NCBI GenBank assembly: GCA_963669415.2
Contig: CAXXPS010000001.1
Span: 499,614 to 563,613 of the forward strand
Source: Rhizobiaceae bacterium
GTDB taxonomy: Bacteria; Pseudomonadota; Alphaproteobacteria; Rhizobiales; Rhizobiaceae
Length of the DNA: 64,000 nucleotides
Direction: 5' to 3'
Part shown: positions 38,699 through 49,491 of the stretch, one piece after another
How the letters are laid out: the number at the start of each line of letters is the position of its first letter
Numbering within the stretch: position 1 is the first letter of the stretch
Translations under genes and position numbers: made by a program
Notes under the pieces: generated by a model
What the model was told of the DNA's origin: nothing
Databases searched by the model: none
Seen by the model: the letters and a program-made list of their open reading frames with translations, nothing else

Positions 38699-39961
38699 AT
38701 GGCCGATCCGGGATCGGTGGGCAGAAAAATGAACCAGCAGGATGCGCAAACAGCACCCGGGGAAGAAAAAGCGCGTGTGCTTGATCCGAGCGGAGGCGCC
38801 AACCAGGTTCGCGTCCGCGCACACAACGAGCGACTGATCCTGTCGCTTGTCCGCAGGCATGCCGGGCTTTCTAAAGCCGAGATTGCCAGGCGTTCGGGTC
38901 TGTCGGCGCAAACCACTTCTGTCATCATGCGCGGACTTGAGCGCGATGGACTGCTCACGCGGGGTGATCCCGTGCGTGGCAGGGTCGGACAACCGTCCGT
39001 TCCCATGAAGCTCAATCCTGGCGGCGTTTATTCATTCGGATTGAAGATCGGCCGGCGCAGCGCTGATCTGCTTTTGATGGATTTCGTGGGCCGGGTCCGC
39101 AGCGAACTTCATCAGGTTTATAGCTATCCGCGCCCCGGTCAGATTGCCGATTTCGTTCGTGATGGCGTCGCTGAATTGGCTGGCACACTGAATTCGACAC
39201 AACAAAGCAAGATCGCCGGACTGGGCATCGCAACACCGTTTGAATTGTGGAACTGGGCTGAGGAGATCGGCGTCGACCCGGCACTGATGGGGAGCTGGCG
39301 AAATGTCGACCTGGCATCGGTGATCAGCGAAGTTGTGCCGTTTCCTGTATTCCTCCAGAATGACGCGACAGCCGCCTGCGGTGCAGAATTGGTGTTTGGC
39401 CGCGGGCCGGAGTTTGCCGATTTTGTCTATTTCTTTGTCGGAACATTTATCGGCGGTGGCATTGTGCTCAACCATTCCCTCTATTCGGGACGAAGCGGCA
39501 ACGCCGGCTCATTTGGAGCAATGCCGGTAGCTGGCACGTCGTTTCCTCCAGGCACGCTCATCGATCACGCTTCCATCGTGGTTCTGGAGCGCATGCTCGA
39601 AGAGAGCGGCAAAGATCCCTCACCGCTGTGGCTTGATCCGGATGGCTGGAGCGATCTCGGGCCTTGCCTCGATGAATGGATAACGCAAACTGCCAATGCA
39701 CTGGCAATCGCGATCGTGTCATCCTGCTCGGTATTCGATTTTCAGGCGGCAATTGTCGATGGCGGCTTTCCCGAACCCGTCAGGGAGAAGCTGGTCGCTG
39801 AAATCGGACGTCAAATTCAGGATATCGACACACGCGGAATTGTCCTTCCGCAGATATGCGCAGGGTCAATCGGTCCGCGGTCGCGTGCCGTTGGCGGGGC
39901 CAGCTTGCCGCTTTTTGCGCGTTATCTGATCGACCAGAATGTACTCTTCAAGGGTGCTTGA
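38699..39961 (+). CDS. ROK family transcriptional regulator
   Basis: It has the N-terminal wHTH NERLILSLVRRHAGLSKAEIARRSGLSAQTTSVIMRGLERDGL and a ROK sugar-kinase-like domain. It is divergent from the frc-like operon. Confidence 0.85.
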   Translation: MADPGSVGRKMNQQDAQTAPGEEKARVLDPSGGANQVRVRAHNERLILSLVRRHAGLSKAEIARRSGLSAQTTSVIMRGLERDGLLTRGDPVRGRVGQPSVPMKLNPGGVYSFGLKIGRRSADLLLMDFVGRVRSELHQVYSYPRPGQIADFVRDGVAELAGTLNSTQQSKIAGLGIATPFELWNWAEEIGVDPALMGSWRNVDLASVISEVVPFPVFLQNDATAACGAELVFGRGPEFADFVYFFVGTFIGGGIVLNHSLYSGRSGNAGSFGAMPVAGTSFPPGTLIDHASIVVLERMLEESGKDPSPLWLDPDGWSDLGPCLDEWITQTANALAIAIVSSCSVFDFQAAIVDGGFPEPVREKLVAEIGRQIQDIDTRGIVLPQICAGSIGPRSRAVGGASLPLFARYLIDQNVLFKGA

Positions 39962-39982
39962 GCATTGCCGGTATCGGGCGAT

Positions 39983-40000
39983 TTAGGGTCGCGACCCTAA
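39983..40000. other. perfect 18-bp palindrome TTAGGGTCGCGACCCTAA
   Basis: It lies 22 nt after the ROK regulator stop and 79 nt before the Lrp-like gene. It could act as a terminator hairpin or as an operator. Confidence 0.4.
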
Positions 40001-40078
40001 TTACGATTGATCCGCGCTCCGGTATTGCGATAAACGATGTCCGGTACCGCCGCCGACAAACGCCACGGAGAATAGCTC

Positions 40079-40315
40079 ATGAAACCGGTCTTCCTGCAAT
40101 TGCAATGCGCACCGGGAAAGACCTACGAGGTCGCTGACAAACTTTACGAACGCGAGATCGCCTCGGAGCTCTATTCGACCAGCGGTGATTATGACCTGCT
40201 GGCCAAGATCTACATCGGTGAAGATCAGGATGTCGGCAAGTTCATCAATGACAAAGTGCTCGACATTCCGGGCATTGTCCGCTCGCTGACAACGATGACT
40301 TTCAGGGCGTTTTAA
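40079..40315 (+). CDS. stand-alone Lrp/AsnC ligand-binding (RAM) domain protein
   Basis: 78 aa with a GGAGA RBS. The pattern ELYSTSGDYDLLAKI ... IPGIVRSLT is typical of AsnC_trans_reg domains. Confidence 0.7.
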   Translation: MKPVFLQLQCAPGKTYEVADKLYEREIASELYSTSGDYDLLAKIYIGEDQDVGKFINDKVLDIPGIVRSLTTMTFRAF

Positions 40316-40339
40316 AGCTCCTAGCGAGCACAAAAAATG

Positions 40340-41272
40340 TTAATCAAACAGGCTGGAGACCGATTCCTCTCCCGCGGTCCTGGCGATTGCTTCGCCGATC
40401 AGGTCGGCGATGGAGAGGACGCGGATATTGTGGGCGGCTTCGACCGCGGAGCTGGGCTGGATGGAGTCGGTGATGACCAGTTCCTTCAGCATTGATTCGG
40501 CAATGCGAGCGGCAGCACCGCCTGACAGCACACCGTGGGTGATGTAGGCGGTTACGCTGGTTGCTCCCTTGGTCAGCAAGGCCTCTGCCGCGTTGCACAG
40601 TGTGCCGCCGGAATCGACAATGTCATCGATCAGCAGGCAATCCTTGCCTTCGACATCGCCGATAATGTTCATGACCTCCGATTCGCCGGGCCGTTCGCGG
40701 CGTTTGTCGACAATGGCGAGCAATGAGTCGACCCGTTTTGCCAAAGCCCTGGCGCGGACGACACCGCCGACATCGGGCGAGACGACCATGACGTTCGACA
40801 GGTCGTATTTGGCTTTTACGTCGCGACCCATCACCGGCACTGCAAACAGATTGTCGGTCGGGATATCGAAAAAGCCCTGGATCTGACCTGCATGCAGATC
40901 AAGCGTCAGCACCCGGTCCGCTCCGGCAGTGGTGATCAGGTTGGCGACCAGCTTGGCCGAGATTGGCGTACGGCCCGATGCGCGGCGATCCTGGCGGGCG
41001 TAGCCGAAATAGGGAATGACCGCAGTGATGCGTCTTGCTGATGAACGCCGGAACGCGTCCATCATGATCAGCAATTCCATCAGGTGGTCATTGGCCGGAT
41101 AGGACGTTGATTGCAGGACGAACACATCCTGCCCGCGTACATTTTCCTGTATCTCGACAAATATTTCCTGATCGGCGAAGCGGCGAACACTGGCCTTGCC
41201 AAGCGGGATGTTGAGGTATCGGGCAACGGCCTCGGCCAGCACCCGGTTGGAATTGCCCGCAAACAGTTTCAT
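40340..41272 (-). CDS. prs: ribose-phosphate pyrophosphokinase
   Basis: 310 aa. It has FSGNS-type N-terminus MKLFAGNSN, the motif [10 protein letters not shown], and the PRPP loop [13 protein letters not shown]. Confidence 0.97.
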   Translation of the reverse strand: MKLFAGNSNRVLAEAVARYLNIPLGKASVRRFADQEIFVEIQENVRGQDVFVLQSTSYPANDHLMELLIMMDAFRRSSARRITAVIPYFGYARQDRRASGRTPISAKLVANLITTAGADRVLTLDLHAGQIQGFFDIPTDNLFAVPVMGRDVKAKYDLSNVMVVSPDVGGVVRARALAKRVDSLLAIVDKRRERPGESEVMNIIGDVEGKDCLLIDDIVDSGGTLCNAAEALLTKGATSVTAYITHGVLSGGAAARIAESMLKELVITDSIQPSSAVEAAHNIRVLSIADLIGEAIARTAGEESVSSLFD

Positions 41273-41404
41273 GCGAAGTTCCCGCGAAAGCCCTGTCGAC
41301 CTGCGGGCGTTTTAACGGGCCACAGCCGCATTGCAAGCGGGCAGGCGTGATTCAAACGCCGATTCCCACATATGATTGATGATTGCTGAACGAAAGACGC
41401 TGAA

Positions 41405-41986
41405 TTAGCTGCGTTTCTGGCCTTGAAGCCACTCTGCGAATTCATCGACGGTCCGTGTTCCGATCCGCTCCATCATGCGCGAGGATACTGACGACCAGCC
41501 ATCCGGACTTGATCCGGGGGATGATTCTTGCCCCTGAATGCGGTGCAATCTTTTGCCGCGGGCGTCAAACACGTCCCAGACGAATATGACCGTCGTCTTG
41601 CCGCTTTCGGTAATGGCTGAGAAATATCCCTTCATGTCGTGGGTGGCGCCGCTGGTTCCGGGTGGTACGAGGCCGATACCCTGTTCGGCGGAACGGGTTG
41701 CGATGCGTCTGGACATCACTTGCACCGCGTTTGCGGGTGCGCCGACAACCGGAGAAAGCCGAATTCTGGTGTCGGACGCGAGCGCTGCAACCTGGGTCGT
41801 GGCTTCGCGCGTTGCCGGTTCGGCGGTCAGAGCCGTTGTGGCATCGGTTGCTGATGCGTCACCAACCGGCTCGGACGGCTGCGGTGTTGTTGTTGCGACC
41901 GATCCCAACGCGTCTGGTGTGCTGGTACAGGCGCCAAGTACCGCCACAGCCAAAAAGACCCATACTGCCGCAAACCGCTTCGCCAT
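41405..41986 (-). CDS. lipoprotein of unknown function
   Basis: It has the lipobox LAVAVLGAC and a Thr/Ala-rich linker. 193 aa. Confidence 0.5.
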   Translation of the reverse strand: MAKRFAAVWVFLAVAVLGACTSTPDALGSVATTTPQPSEPVGDASATDATTALTAEPATREATTQVAALASDTRIRLSPVVGAPANAVQVMSRRIATRSAEQGIGLVPPGTSGATHDMKGYFSAITESGKTTVIFVWDVFDARGKRLHRIQGQESSPGSSPDGWSSVSSRMMERIGTRTVDEFAEWLQGQKRS

Positions 41987-42029
41987 TGTCTCCTGTCCGA
42001 AATCCTCGTTGTTCGCCTATAGAGGCGCG

Positions 42030-43181
42030 CTAGCGCACGATCAAGTCGAGACCATGGCGCGAGAGGGATTTTGGAGCGCCCTCGGTGGTCAGGTAGGTCT
42101 GGCCCAGTGTCATCGCTGTGTTTGCGTCAGTGTTCATGATGATCATGTGGGCAAACAAGGTCATATCCGGCTGGATTTCTTCGGCATTGCCGGAATAGAA
42201 CATCGGCGAATCCATCCATGACGGCGAAAATCGCGCGCCAAGTGAATAGCCGCAAGCATTGAGCCGGTGCCGTGTCATGCCGTGCTTTTCCATTACGCGG
42301 GAATGGGCATCGAAAACATCGCCGAAGGTGTTTCCCGGCGCCATTGCTTTTTCCACAGCGGCCAATGCCTCAGCCGCCGCTGCATAAGCTTCCTCGTGGT
42401 GTTTGGAAACCTTGCCGACGAGAATCGTGCGCATCATTGCAGCGTGATAGTGATGATAGGTTCCGGCCCATTCCAGGGTCAGTTGATCATTTTTCGACAG
42501 TTTGCGCCGTCCGGCCTTGTAGCGGCACAGCAGTGCGTCCTGGCCGGAGCCGATGATGAATTCGTTGCCGGGATAGTCGCCGCCGCCGGCAAACACCGCA
42601 CCTTGCATGGCAGCCAGGATATCGGCCTCGCTTCCACCCTGTTTGATCAGCGGCAACGCAGCATCCAGCGCATCATCGGCAAGGCTGGCCGCTTTTTTTG
42701 CCTTGGCAATCTCTGGTTCGCTTTTGATTGCCCGCAGACGGGGAACGATTGCAGAAGCATCGCTGATTTCGCCAAATGTCTTCAATTGTTCGTCGACACG
42801 GCGGCCATTCAGCGCGGTAAGGCCATGCGTGTCATATTCGATGCCGATGCGGGAGCCGAGCAAGTCCAGCTCATTTAGCAGATCGCGAAGATCAGTGGCA
42901 GGATTGGCGTTTGCGCGGTCCGTCCATACGACAATGTTCTGGATATTCGATGTGTGACGGGCTTGGCGGAGATCGGCTGAGCGCGTCAGCAACACCATCT
43001 CGCCGTCCGATTTTACGACCAGACACTGGAAGAAACAGTAGCCGAATGTGTCGTAGCCGGTCAGCCAGTACATGCTTTCCTGCGCGAACAACAGCAGCGC
43101 GTCGAGATTGCTGTCTGCCATCGCGGCTTCCAACTTTTCGCGGCGGGACTGAAACTCTGCCTCGTCAAAGTGAAGCGCCAT
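42030..43181 (-). CDS. M24 family metallopeptidase (Xaa-Pro peptidase/creatinase-like)
   Basis: 383 aa with a creatinase-like N-domain and a pita-bread C-domain whose metal-ligand context includes the H of HMIIMN. Confidence 0.8.
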   Translation of the reverse strand: MALHFDEAEFQSRREKLEAAMADSNLDALLLFAQESMYWLTGYDTFGYCFFQCLVVKSDGEMVLLTRSADLRQARHTSNIQNIVVWTDRANANPATDLRDLLNELDLLGSRIGIEYDTHGLTALNGRRVDEQLKTFGEISDASAIVPRLRAIKSEPEIAKAKKAASLADDALDAALPLIKQGGSEADILAAMQGAVFAGGGDYPGNEFIIGSGQDALLCRYKAGRRKLSKNDQLTLEWAGTYHHYHAAMMRTILVGKVSKHHEEAYAAAAEALAAVEKAMAPGNTFGDVFDAHSRVMEKHGMTRHRLNACGYSLGARFSPSWMDSPMFYSGNAEEIQPDMTLFAHMIIMNTDANTAMTLGQTYLTTEGAPKSLSRHGLDLIVR

Positions 43182-43969
43182 TATGCTGCCTCCAGTGAAA
43201 TTGCCGACATTTGCCGGCCATAGTCCGGTTCATTGCGGTGGGTGGTGCGCCGGTAGGAATAGAAGAGTTCCTCGTCGGCATAGGTGCACGCGTTAAGAGC
43301 GGTTGTCCTGACCCCGGCATCTTGCAGACGCTGAACAACGTAACCCTGCAAGTCGAACATGGCATGACCGCTTCGTTGCGAAGGTACAAACCAGATGCTG
43401 TCCTCCGGCTTATCGGCGGCAATCCGGTCAACGAATTCCGGCCCGACCTCATAGTTTTGCTGCGAAATCACCGGACCAAGCGTTGCAACTATACGCTCCC
43501 GCCTGGCGCCCAGTTTTTCCATCGAAGCAATCGTGTTTTCGAGAACGCCTGCCAGCGCGCCCTTCCAGCCGGCATGGGCTGCCGCGACTACGCGGGCTTC
43601 GCCATCGGCGAACAGAACCGGGCCGCAATCTGCCGTCAGCACGCCGATTGCCAGTCCCGGTGTTGATGTGACTATGCCGTCAGCCTTTGGGCGCCCGCCT
43701 TCGAACGGCCGGTCGATGGTGATTACGTCGGCTGAATGGACCTGGTGAGGTCCCACCAGCCAGTCTGGCCGGACACCCAGCACCGAAGCAATCCGGCTGC
43801 GGTTTTCGGCAACATGCCCGGTGTCATCGGCAGAACCCAAACCGGCGTTCAAACCTCGGTAAATGCCGCGGGAAACGCCACCGGAACGGCTGAAGAAACC
43901 GTGCGACACGCCTTCCAGCGCGGACAGCGGGTCACTCAGCAATGGAGCGGGGTTCAATTGCGACAACAT
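43181..43969 (-). CDS. pgeF: peptidoglycan editing factor PgeF / YfiH (DUF152 laccase-domain) protein
   Basis: It has the motifs HGFFSRSGGVS, QVHSADV, LTADCGPVLF and AAHAGWKG. Confidence 0.85.
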   Translation of the reverse strand: MLSQLNPAPLLSDPLSALEGVSHGFFSRSGGVSRGIYRGLNAGLGSADDTGHVAENRSRIASVLGVRPDWLVGPHQVHSADVITIDRPFEGGRPKADGIVTSTPGLAIGVLTADCGPVLFADGEARVVAAAHAGWKGALAGVLENTIASMEKLGARRERIVATLGPVISQQNYEVGPEFVDRIAADKPEDSIWFVPSQRSGHAMFDLQGYVVQRLQDAGVRTTALNACTYADEELFYSYRRTTHRNEPDYGRQMSAISLEAA

Positions 43970-44070
43970 TCGTGGCCTTGGTCTGGTGCCATCTCGAATG
44001 CGCGATGGTGGTGATTTGCGATCATCAAGTCAACGCTGTTGTCGGTCATTGAAGGAGCAATGCACATTGA

Positions 44071-45150
44071 TCAAAACGGCGCCGGATTCATGCCCGGTCT
44101 GAACATCGCCATTGCCTTGAACATTTCACCCATGCCAACCGCGCCGGCCAGACGTTCGACGTCAGCTGAAATTTGCCTGCGGCCATCTTCATCGAGATTG
44201 GCACCGAGCCGGCCGGCACGCTCGACGATCCCCATTCGAATGAGAAACTCGCCCTGTGTGAGGCATGAGGTGGAAACTCCGGCCTTTTCGGCTGCCGTGG
44301 CCAGAGAGGCAAAGTCGACATGCGAAGTAAGATCGGCCTGGCCTGGATGGAGAAGGACCGGATCGAATTTGTGGTTATGCACTGCCTGAAGTGTGTCGCC
44401 GAAAGCCGACTGCAGGTGGCCGTAGTCGACTAGCAAAGCGCCGCCGCCATGGTCTGCGATTCTGCCGGCAATCAATTCCGCCAGTGCCTCACGGGCAGGG
44501 GAGATCTCGAATATCGTCCCGTCGGGTTCTCCGGCCGCAGCATCGGGCAACAAATCAATATCGAGTGCGCCTGCTCCGACAGCAAATGTGAGGTTGTCGT
44601 TGTCGTCCGTGCTCACCACGCGCTCGCGCCAAACGCCGCCTGAATTGACGTACTGGCGAACGGGAATGGCGTCGAACAATTCATTGGCGACCACGAAAAT
44701 CGGTATATCCGGAAGCTCGTCGAAGCTCTGAAGCCACTCCACGCCCTCGCTTTTCCCCTCCAGGTTCGCCTTTTGCACGCTGGTCAGCCGGGGGCTTGTC
44801 TCGATCATGAAGACGCGCGCGTGATCAAGAAATCCGGTTCCGGATTTTTTGAATGTACGCAGCATGTCCGTCATCAGCGTACCGCGTCCCGGGCCAATTT
44901 CGACAAAGGCAACATCCTTCGGGCTGCCTGCTGCCTGCCATGCAGTCAGCGCCCAAATGGCAACGAGTTCACCGAACATTTGGCTTATCTCCGGAGCAGT
45001 GATGAAATCACCTCCTCGTCCAAACGGTTCATGCGTCGTGTAGTAACCCTGTTCCGGATCGAACAGGCATGCAGCCATGTACTCGGCGATGGAAATCGGC
45101 CCGGTTTGAGATATCTGCCGTTTCAATTTCTCGGCAAGCGGGGTGGTCAT
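44071..45150 (-). CDS. class I SAM-dependent methyltransferase, MidA/NDUFAF7 (DUF185) family
   Basis: It has the motifs [16 protein letters not shown] and [11 protein letters not shown]. 359 aa. Its start overlaps the lgt stop. Confidence 0.8.
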   Translation of the reverse strand: MTTPLAEKLKRQISQTGPISIAEYMAACLFDPEQGYYTTHEPFGRGGDFITAPEISQMFGELVAIWALTAWQAAGSPKDVAFVEIGPGRGTLMTDMLRTFKKSGTGFLDHARVFMIETSPRLTSVQKANLEGKSEGVEWLQSFDELPDIPIFVVANELFDAIPVRQYVNSGGVWRERVVSTDDNDNLTFAVGAGALDIDLLPDAAAGEPDGTIFEISPAREALAELIAGRIADHGGGALLVDYGHLQSAFGDTLQAVHNHKFDPVLLHPGQADLTSHVDFASLATAAEKAGVSTSCLTQGEFLIRMGIVERAGRLGANLDEDGRRQISADVERLAGAVGMGEMFKAMAMFRPGMNPAPF

Positions 45151-45989
45151 GCCGGCTTTAACTCGCGTGCCGTCGCCATTGCCCAGGCGCCGGCCAGCAC
45201 CATCGGCAAGGACAGGACCATGCCCATCGTCAGCCAGCCACCTGCGAGATACCCGATATGGGCGTCAGGCTCGCGGAAAAACTCGACCAGTATGCGCGAA
45301 AGGCCATATCCGGCAACAAATGCACCGCCGATAAAGCGCGGCGTCTTCAACCTGTGCCGGGCAAAGATGAAAAAGCAAAGCACAGCAAACAGGACAGCTC
45401 CCTCCAGAAATGCTTCATAGAGCTGGCTTGGATGTCGCGGCAGCGGTCCGCCATTGGGGAACACAAACGCCCACGGCACATCGGTGGTGCGGCCCCATAA
45501 TTCAGAATTGATGAAATTGGTGACGCGCACCAGGCCCAGACCGACTGGCACGCCGGCCGCGACCGTGTCCAACAGGCACCAAACGTGAATACCTCGTCTG
45601 CGGGCAAACAGCACCATCGCCAGTATCGTGCCGAGAAGTCCTCCGTGAAATGACATCCCGCCCTGCCAGACGGCAAATATGCCGAGCGGATCAGAAATAT
45701 AACGCGCCAGGTCATAGAACAAAATGTAGCCAATTCTGCCGCCCAGAACCACGCCGGCTGCGGCCCAGATCAAGAAGTCGTCCAGATCCTGCGCCGTCAT
45801 TGCCGGCGTGTTGTTTGCCCAAAGTGAAGGATTGGAGACGAGACGCTTCGTGAACCACCAGGCAAAGAGGATTCCAATGACATATCCAAGACCGTACCAG
45901 TGAATACCAAGCGGACCGATCTGCACAATCACCGGATCGATTTCCGGGAATGGCAGCGCTGCAAGCGGGAGAACCAGTTGTTCGGGCAT
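45147..45989 (-). CDS. lgt: prolipoprotein diacylglyceryl transferase
   Basis: It has the motifs [22 protein letters not shown] and RHPSQLYE. 280 aa. Confidence 0.95.
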   Translation of the reverse strand: MPEQLVLPLAALPFPEIDPVIVQIGPLGIHWYGLGYVIGILFAWWFTKRLVSNPSLWANNTPAMTAQDLDDFLIWAAAGVVLGGRIGYILFYDLARYISDPLGIFAVWQGGMSFHGGLLGTILAMVLFARRRGIHVWCLLDTVAAGVPVGLGLVRVTNFINSELWGRTTDVPWAFVFPNGGPLPRHPSQLYEAFLEGAVLFAVLCFFIFARHRLKTPRFIGGAFVAGYGLSRILVEFFREPDAHIGYLAGGWLTMGMVLSLPMVLAGAWAMATARELKPA

Positions 45990-46077
45990 TGGGTGTTGTC
46001 AACTTAGCCTGAGAATCGGCGCGGACGATGCTTGTTGCATTGGGGAACGTCAAGTCGATGATGGTTCTTTGGACCTT

Positions 46078-46382
46078 AGGTCATGAACTCATAAACAGGG
46101 TCAAAATGGCGCCGAAACCGCTAAGCAAACCTAGGAGAAGGCCGAAAAGTGGGGTCAATCCCCCACCTCTCGGCGGCGCTTCGCTTGCCTGCCGGCCAAT
46201 CGGTTGAGGGCTTCGACGACGGATTGGGAAGCGGGTTCGAGCGTCCAACGGATATGGCAAATTTGCCCGGCTATCGCGTCGCAAGCTTTTGAAAACCGGA
46301 CGGTTTCCTGCAAGCTCGCTCCTAATATCCAGCCAAATTTGCTCATACCATTGTTGATCCTGTTTATGAGTTCATGACCTCA
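46078..46382. mobile_element. MITE-like element, about 305 bp, bounded by terminal inverted repeats
   Basis: aggtcatgaactcataaacagg (46078-46099) is perfectly complementary to cctgtttatgagttcatgacct (46361-46382). The imperfect pairing continues inward (tcaaaatgg against ccattgttga). No transposase gene lies inside. Confidence 0.4.
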
Positions 46383-46454
46383 GCGCGGCGTTATGCCGGA
46401 CTTGCATTCGCCAAGATGTGTGCCTACCTCAAATCATTCGAGAGGAACAAAGTT

Positions 46455-46769
46455 ATGACCAACGGCCCGAACCGCCTGCTGGATGAATTTGCCAAACTGA
46501 TGACGGATGCTGCTGGTGCGGCCCAGGGCGTGCGACGCGAAGTAGAAACTGCCTTTCATGCGCAGGCTGAGCGCATTTTGAATTCTATGGACCTGGTTCA
46601 GCGTGAGGAGTTTGAGGCCGTACGCGAGATGGCGCTGAAAGCACGCGCGGAGAACGAGGCATTGTCGGCCAGAATTGATTCGCTTGAGGCACGGTTGGAA
46701 GAAGTCGAACTTCGAAAAGCCAAAAAGGCCGGTCCCGCCGCTACGGCGCGTGCCAGGGCGAAAAAATAA
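46455..46769 (+). CDS. ubiK: accessory factor UbiK (BMFP/YqiC) family protein
   Basis: 104 aa from MTNGPNRLLDEFAKLMTDAAGAA, with a coiled-coil C-terminus and a GAGAGGA RBS. The longer 46374 start lies inside the inverted repeat. Confidence 0.65.
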   Translation: MTNGPNRLLDEFAKLMTDAAGAAQGVRREVETAFHAQAERILNSMDLVQREEFEAVREMALKARAENEALSARIDSLEARLEEVELRKAKKAGPAATARARAKK

Positions 46770-47076
46770 TTTGGCTTGATATCCACAAGCCTCCGGATTC
46801 CAAAAACGCTTTTGCGAGAGTCGCTTACGGCGAAGCGATGAATCGGATTGTTGCAGCCTTTCCACACCCAATTTGAGTGCTGATCCAAAAAGGGGTAGCG
46901 CTGCGACTCTGCATCAATAGACTGAATTTGTTAGATGATTCGCAACGGATTGTCGGCCGGGAAGCGGCGACCCGGCTTGGTCTGTCATTGGCGACCTGAA
47001 AGCCGGCTTCTTCGAGTATGCGCGTTGATAATGGATATGGGTGGCAACTGATGCCCCCGGCAAGCAGGGTTCGACA

Positions 47077-47577
47077 ATGGAAATCCAGCAATATGAATTT
47101 GCCCGGGACTTGCATCCTGTCGATGTCATCGAACACGTCGCGCATTCCAACGATTGGTCGTTTGAGCGGACCGGCGATGACGAAATTGCGATATCGGTAG
47201 CCGGTAACTGGGCGGACTACCACGTATCGTTTTCCTGGATGGAGGACTTCGAAGCCCTTCATCTGGCTTGCGCTTTTGACATCAAGGTACCTGAAAACAA
47301 GTCAACCGAGATCATGCGGCTATTGTCATTGATCAATGAGCAGATGCTGTTCGGACATTTCGACTTGTGGGAGCAGGAAGGCGCGATCATGTTTCGCCAG
47401 GCGTTGTTGTTGAGTGGCGGCGCTGAACCGACCGCGAAACAGATTGAAGTCTTGCTGGGATCAGCCCTGGAAGCCTGCGAATGCTACTATCAGGCATTCC
47501 AGTTTGTGATCTGGTCTGGAATACCGGCGCGCGAAGCACTGAACAGCGTCATATTCGAGACATTCGGGACTGCGTGA
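47077..47577 (+). CDS. YbjN domain-containing protein
   Basis: 166 aa from MEIQQYEF. The pattern [29 protein letters not shown] is typical of the YbjN/T3SS-chaperone-like family. Confidence 0.65.
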   Translation: MEIQQYEFARDLHPVDVIEHVAHSNDWSFERTGDDEIAISVAGNWADYHVSFSWMEDFEALHLACAFDIKVPENKSTEIMRLLSLINEQMLFGHFDLWEQEGAIMFRQALLLSGGAEPTAKQIEVLLGSALEACECYYQAFQFVIWSGIPAREALNSVIFETFGTA

Positions 47578-47927
47578 TGTCCGCGCGAAAACCTGAAATT
47601 ACCTTTGATGCGTTTTTGCAGGTCGATATTCGAGCGGGAACCATCGTCGAAGCGGAACCGTTTCCGGAGGCACGGAAACCGGCAATCAAACTGAAGGTTG
47701 ATTTTGGTCCCGACATTGGAATCAAGAAATCGTCGGCGCAGATTACCAAATACTATCAGCCTGACGAACTGATCGGACGGCAGGTGATGGGTGTCGTCAA
47801 CTTTCCTCCCCGGCAAATCGGCAAGTTCATGTCTGAGGTCCTGGTGCTGGGATTTCCCGATGAAGAAGGGGCTGTGGTGCTGGGCGCGATAGAACGAAAA
47901 GTTCCCGATGGCGGTCAGCTGTTCTGA
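47577..47927 (+). CDS. tRNA-binding protein (CsaA/YgjH family)
   Basis: It has an OB-fold tRNA-binding domain ([29 protein letters not shown] ... SEVLVLG). The start overlaps the upstream stop (TGATG). Confidence 0.8.
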   Translation: MSARKPEITFDAFLQVDIRAGTIVEAEPFPEARKPAIKLKVDFGPDIGIKKSSAQITKYYQPDELIGRQVMGVVNFPPRQIGKFMSEVLVLGFPDEEGAVVLGAIERKVPDGGQLF

Positions 47928-47966
47928 ATTCTCATGAATTGTATGAAATGAATGGGTTAAGACCTG

Positions 47967-49379
47967 TTATGCCGGTACCTTTACCTCGGCACGCAGGCCT
48001 CCCATCGGAGAACGGCTCAGGACGATATCGCCGCCATGACTGCGCGCAATGTCCCGGGCAATTGAAAGTCCAAGTCCGGTGCCGCTGTCATCCTGGTTGC
48101 GGGCCTCATCCAGCCGGAAGAATGGTTTGAACACATCCTCCTGGCGATGTTCTGGAATTCCCGGACCGTCGTCGTCGATGATCGTGGTCAGGTTGCCCTT
48201 TGTGTGCCGGACGTTGACGGCGACCGTTTCGGCATGGCGCAGGGCATTGCTGACCAGATTGGAAATCAGCCGCGAAAAAGCATTGGGCCTTACCTGAACT
48301 TCGCTGTCACCAATCAGTTCGACCGTCAGATGCTTGCCCCGCAGGCGTGCATCCTCGCGCAGGGTGTCAAACAACTCGTTGAGGTCGAGGCGGCCGGTAT
48401 CTTCCAGCGCTTCACCACGGGCAAAGGCGAGATAGCCTTCCAACATCGACTGCATGTCATCCACATCCTTGTCGAGTGCGGTCGCGTCAGTCGCTTTCTC
48501 ACCCAGCGCCAGCTGCAATTTGAACCGGGTGAGGATGGTGCGAAGATCGTGGCTGACGCCCGTCAGCATGGCGGTTCTCTGGTCGATCTGTCGCTCGATG
48601 CGCTCACGCATCTGGATGAAGGCCGATCCGGCGCGGCGAACTTCCTCTGCTCCGCGCGGATTAAAGTCGGGTGGCATGGGTCTACCCTTGCCGAAGCTCT
48701 CCGCAGCGTGGGCCAATTGCTGGATTGGACGGATCTGATTGCGCAGAAACAAAATGGCGATGAACAGCAATACCAGTGATGTTCCGACCATCCAGAGCAG
48801 GAAAATGTGCGTGTTTGAAGCGTAGGCCTGGCTTCGTCGCGCGAAAACGCGAAGCACATTGTTTTCAAGCTGAATACGGATTTCGACGACATTGGAGTTG
48901 CCGACCGTGTCGATCCAGAATGGCCGATTGATCTGCCGTGTCACCTCCGAACTCAGGATTTGATCCAGGATTGAGAAAAACGGCTTTGGTCCGGGCGCGG
49001 GCAGTGGATCGGGTGGCAGGACGTCCACCTTCAGGGACAGCCGCTCCTGCGCAATGCGGATTGCCTGCGTGACACCCTCTTCGCCGGGATGAGTTTCGAT
49101 CATGTCGATAATTGCTGCGATATCGCTGACAACAGCGGTGGACAGCCGCTGTGTCACAGTCTGCCAATGACGCTCCATGAAAACGAAGGCGATCACCGAT
49201 TGCAGCAACAGCATCGGTGCAATGACGATGATCAGTGAGCGCGCATAAAGCCGCTTCGGCATGTATCGGGAGATCAGCTTCCAGAAACGGCGCCAGACCA
49301 GGTTTGCGATCGACAGCAGCCTGAGACCGCGCTCAACGGCCGTCCTTCTTCGCCGGCTATGATTTTCTGTTGTCGCCAT
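47967..49379 (-). CDS. EnvZ-like sensor histidine kinase
   Basis: It has two TM helices, a HAMP domain, the H-box MLTGVSHDLRTIL, the N-box LVSNALRH, and the G-boxes DDDGPGIP and GTGLGLSIAR. Confidence 0.9.
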   Translation of the reverse strand: MATTENHSRRRRTAVERGLRLLSIANLVWRRFWKLISRYMPKRLYARSLIIVIAPMLLLQSVIAFVFMERHWQTVTQRLSTAVVSDIAAIIDMIETHPGEEGVTQAIRIAQERLSLKVDVLPPDPLPAPGPKPFFSILDQILSSEVTRQINRPFWIDTVGNSNVVEIRIQLENNVLRVFARRSQAYASNTHIFLLWMVGTSLVLLFIAILFLRNQIRPIQQLAHAAESFGKGRPMPPDFNPRGAEEVRRAGSAFIQMRERIERQIDQRTAMLTGVSHDLRTILTRFKLQLALGEKATDATALDKDVDDMQSMLEGYLAFARGEALEDTGRLDLNELFDTLREDARLRGKHLTVELIGDSEVQVRPNAFSRLISNLVSNALRHAETVAVNVRHTKGNLTTIIDDDGPGIPEHRQEDVFKPFFRLDEARNQDDSGTGLGLSIARDIARSHGGDIVLSRSPMGGLRAEVKVPA

Positions 49380-49491
49380 ACCTGAATTGCCCTGGCCGAT
49401 CCCCTGTAGCCGTTAATTTCCGGGATAGGTAGGGCGATTTATACCAAATCCCAACCTGCTTGGCACCGCACAGTTGGAAACAGAGTTGATT

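Noticed and set aside
46155-46346. 63-aa minus-strand ORF inside the MITE-like element
   Set aside because: It has only a marginal RBS and no recognisable family, and it overlaps another equally plausible small ORF (46081-46284). It is not called as a gene without comparative support.
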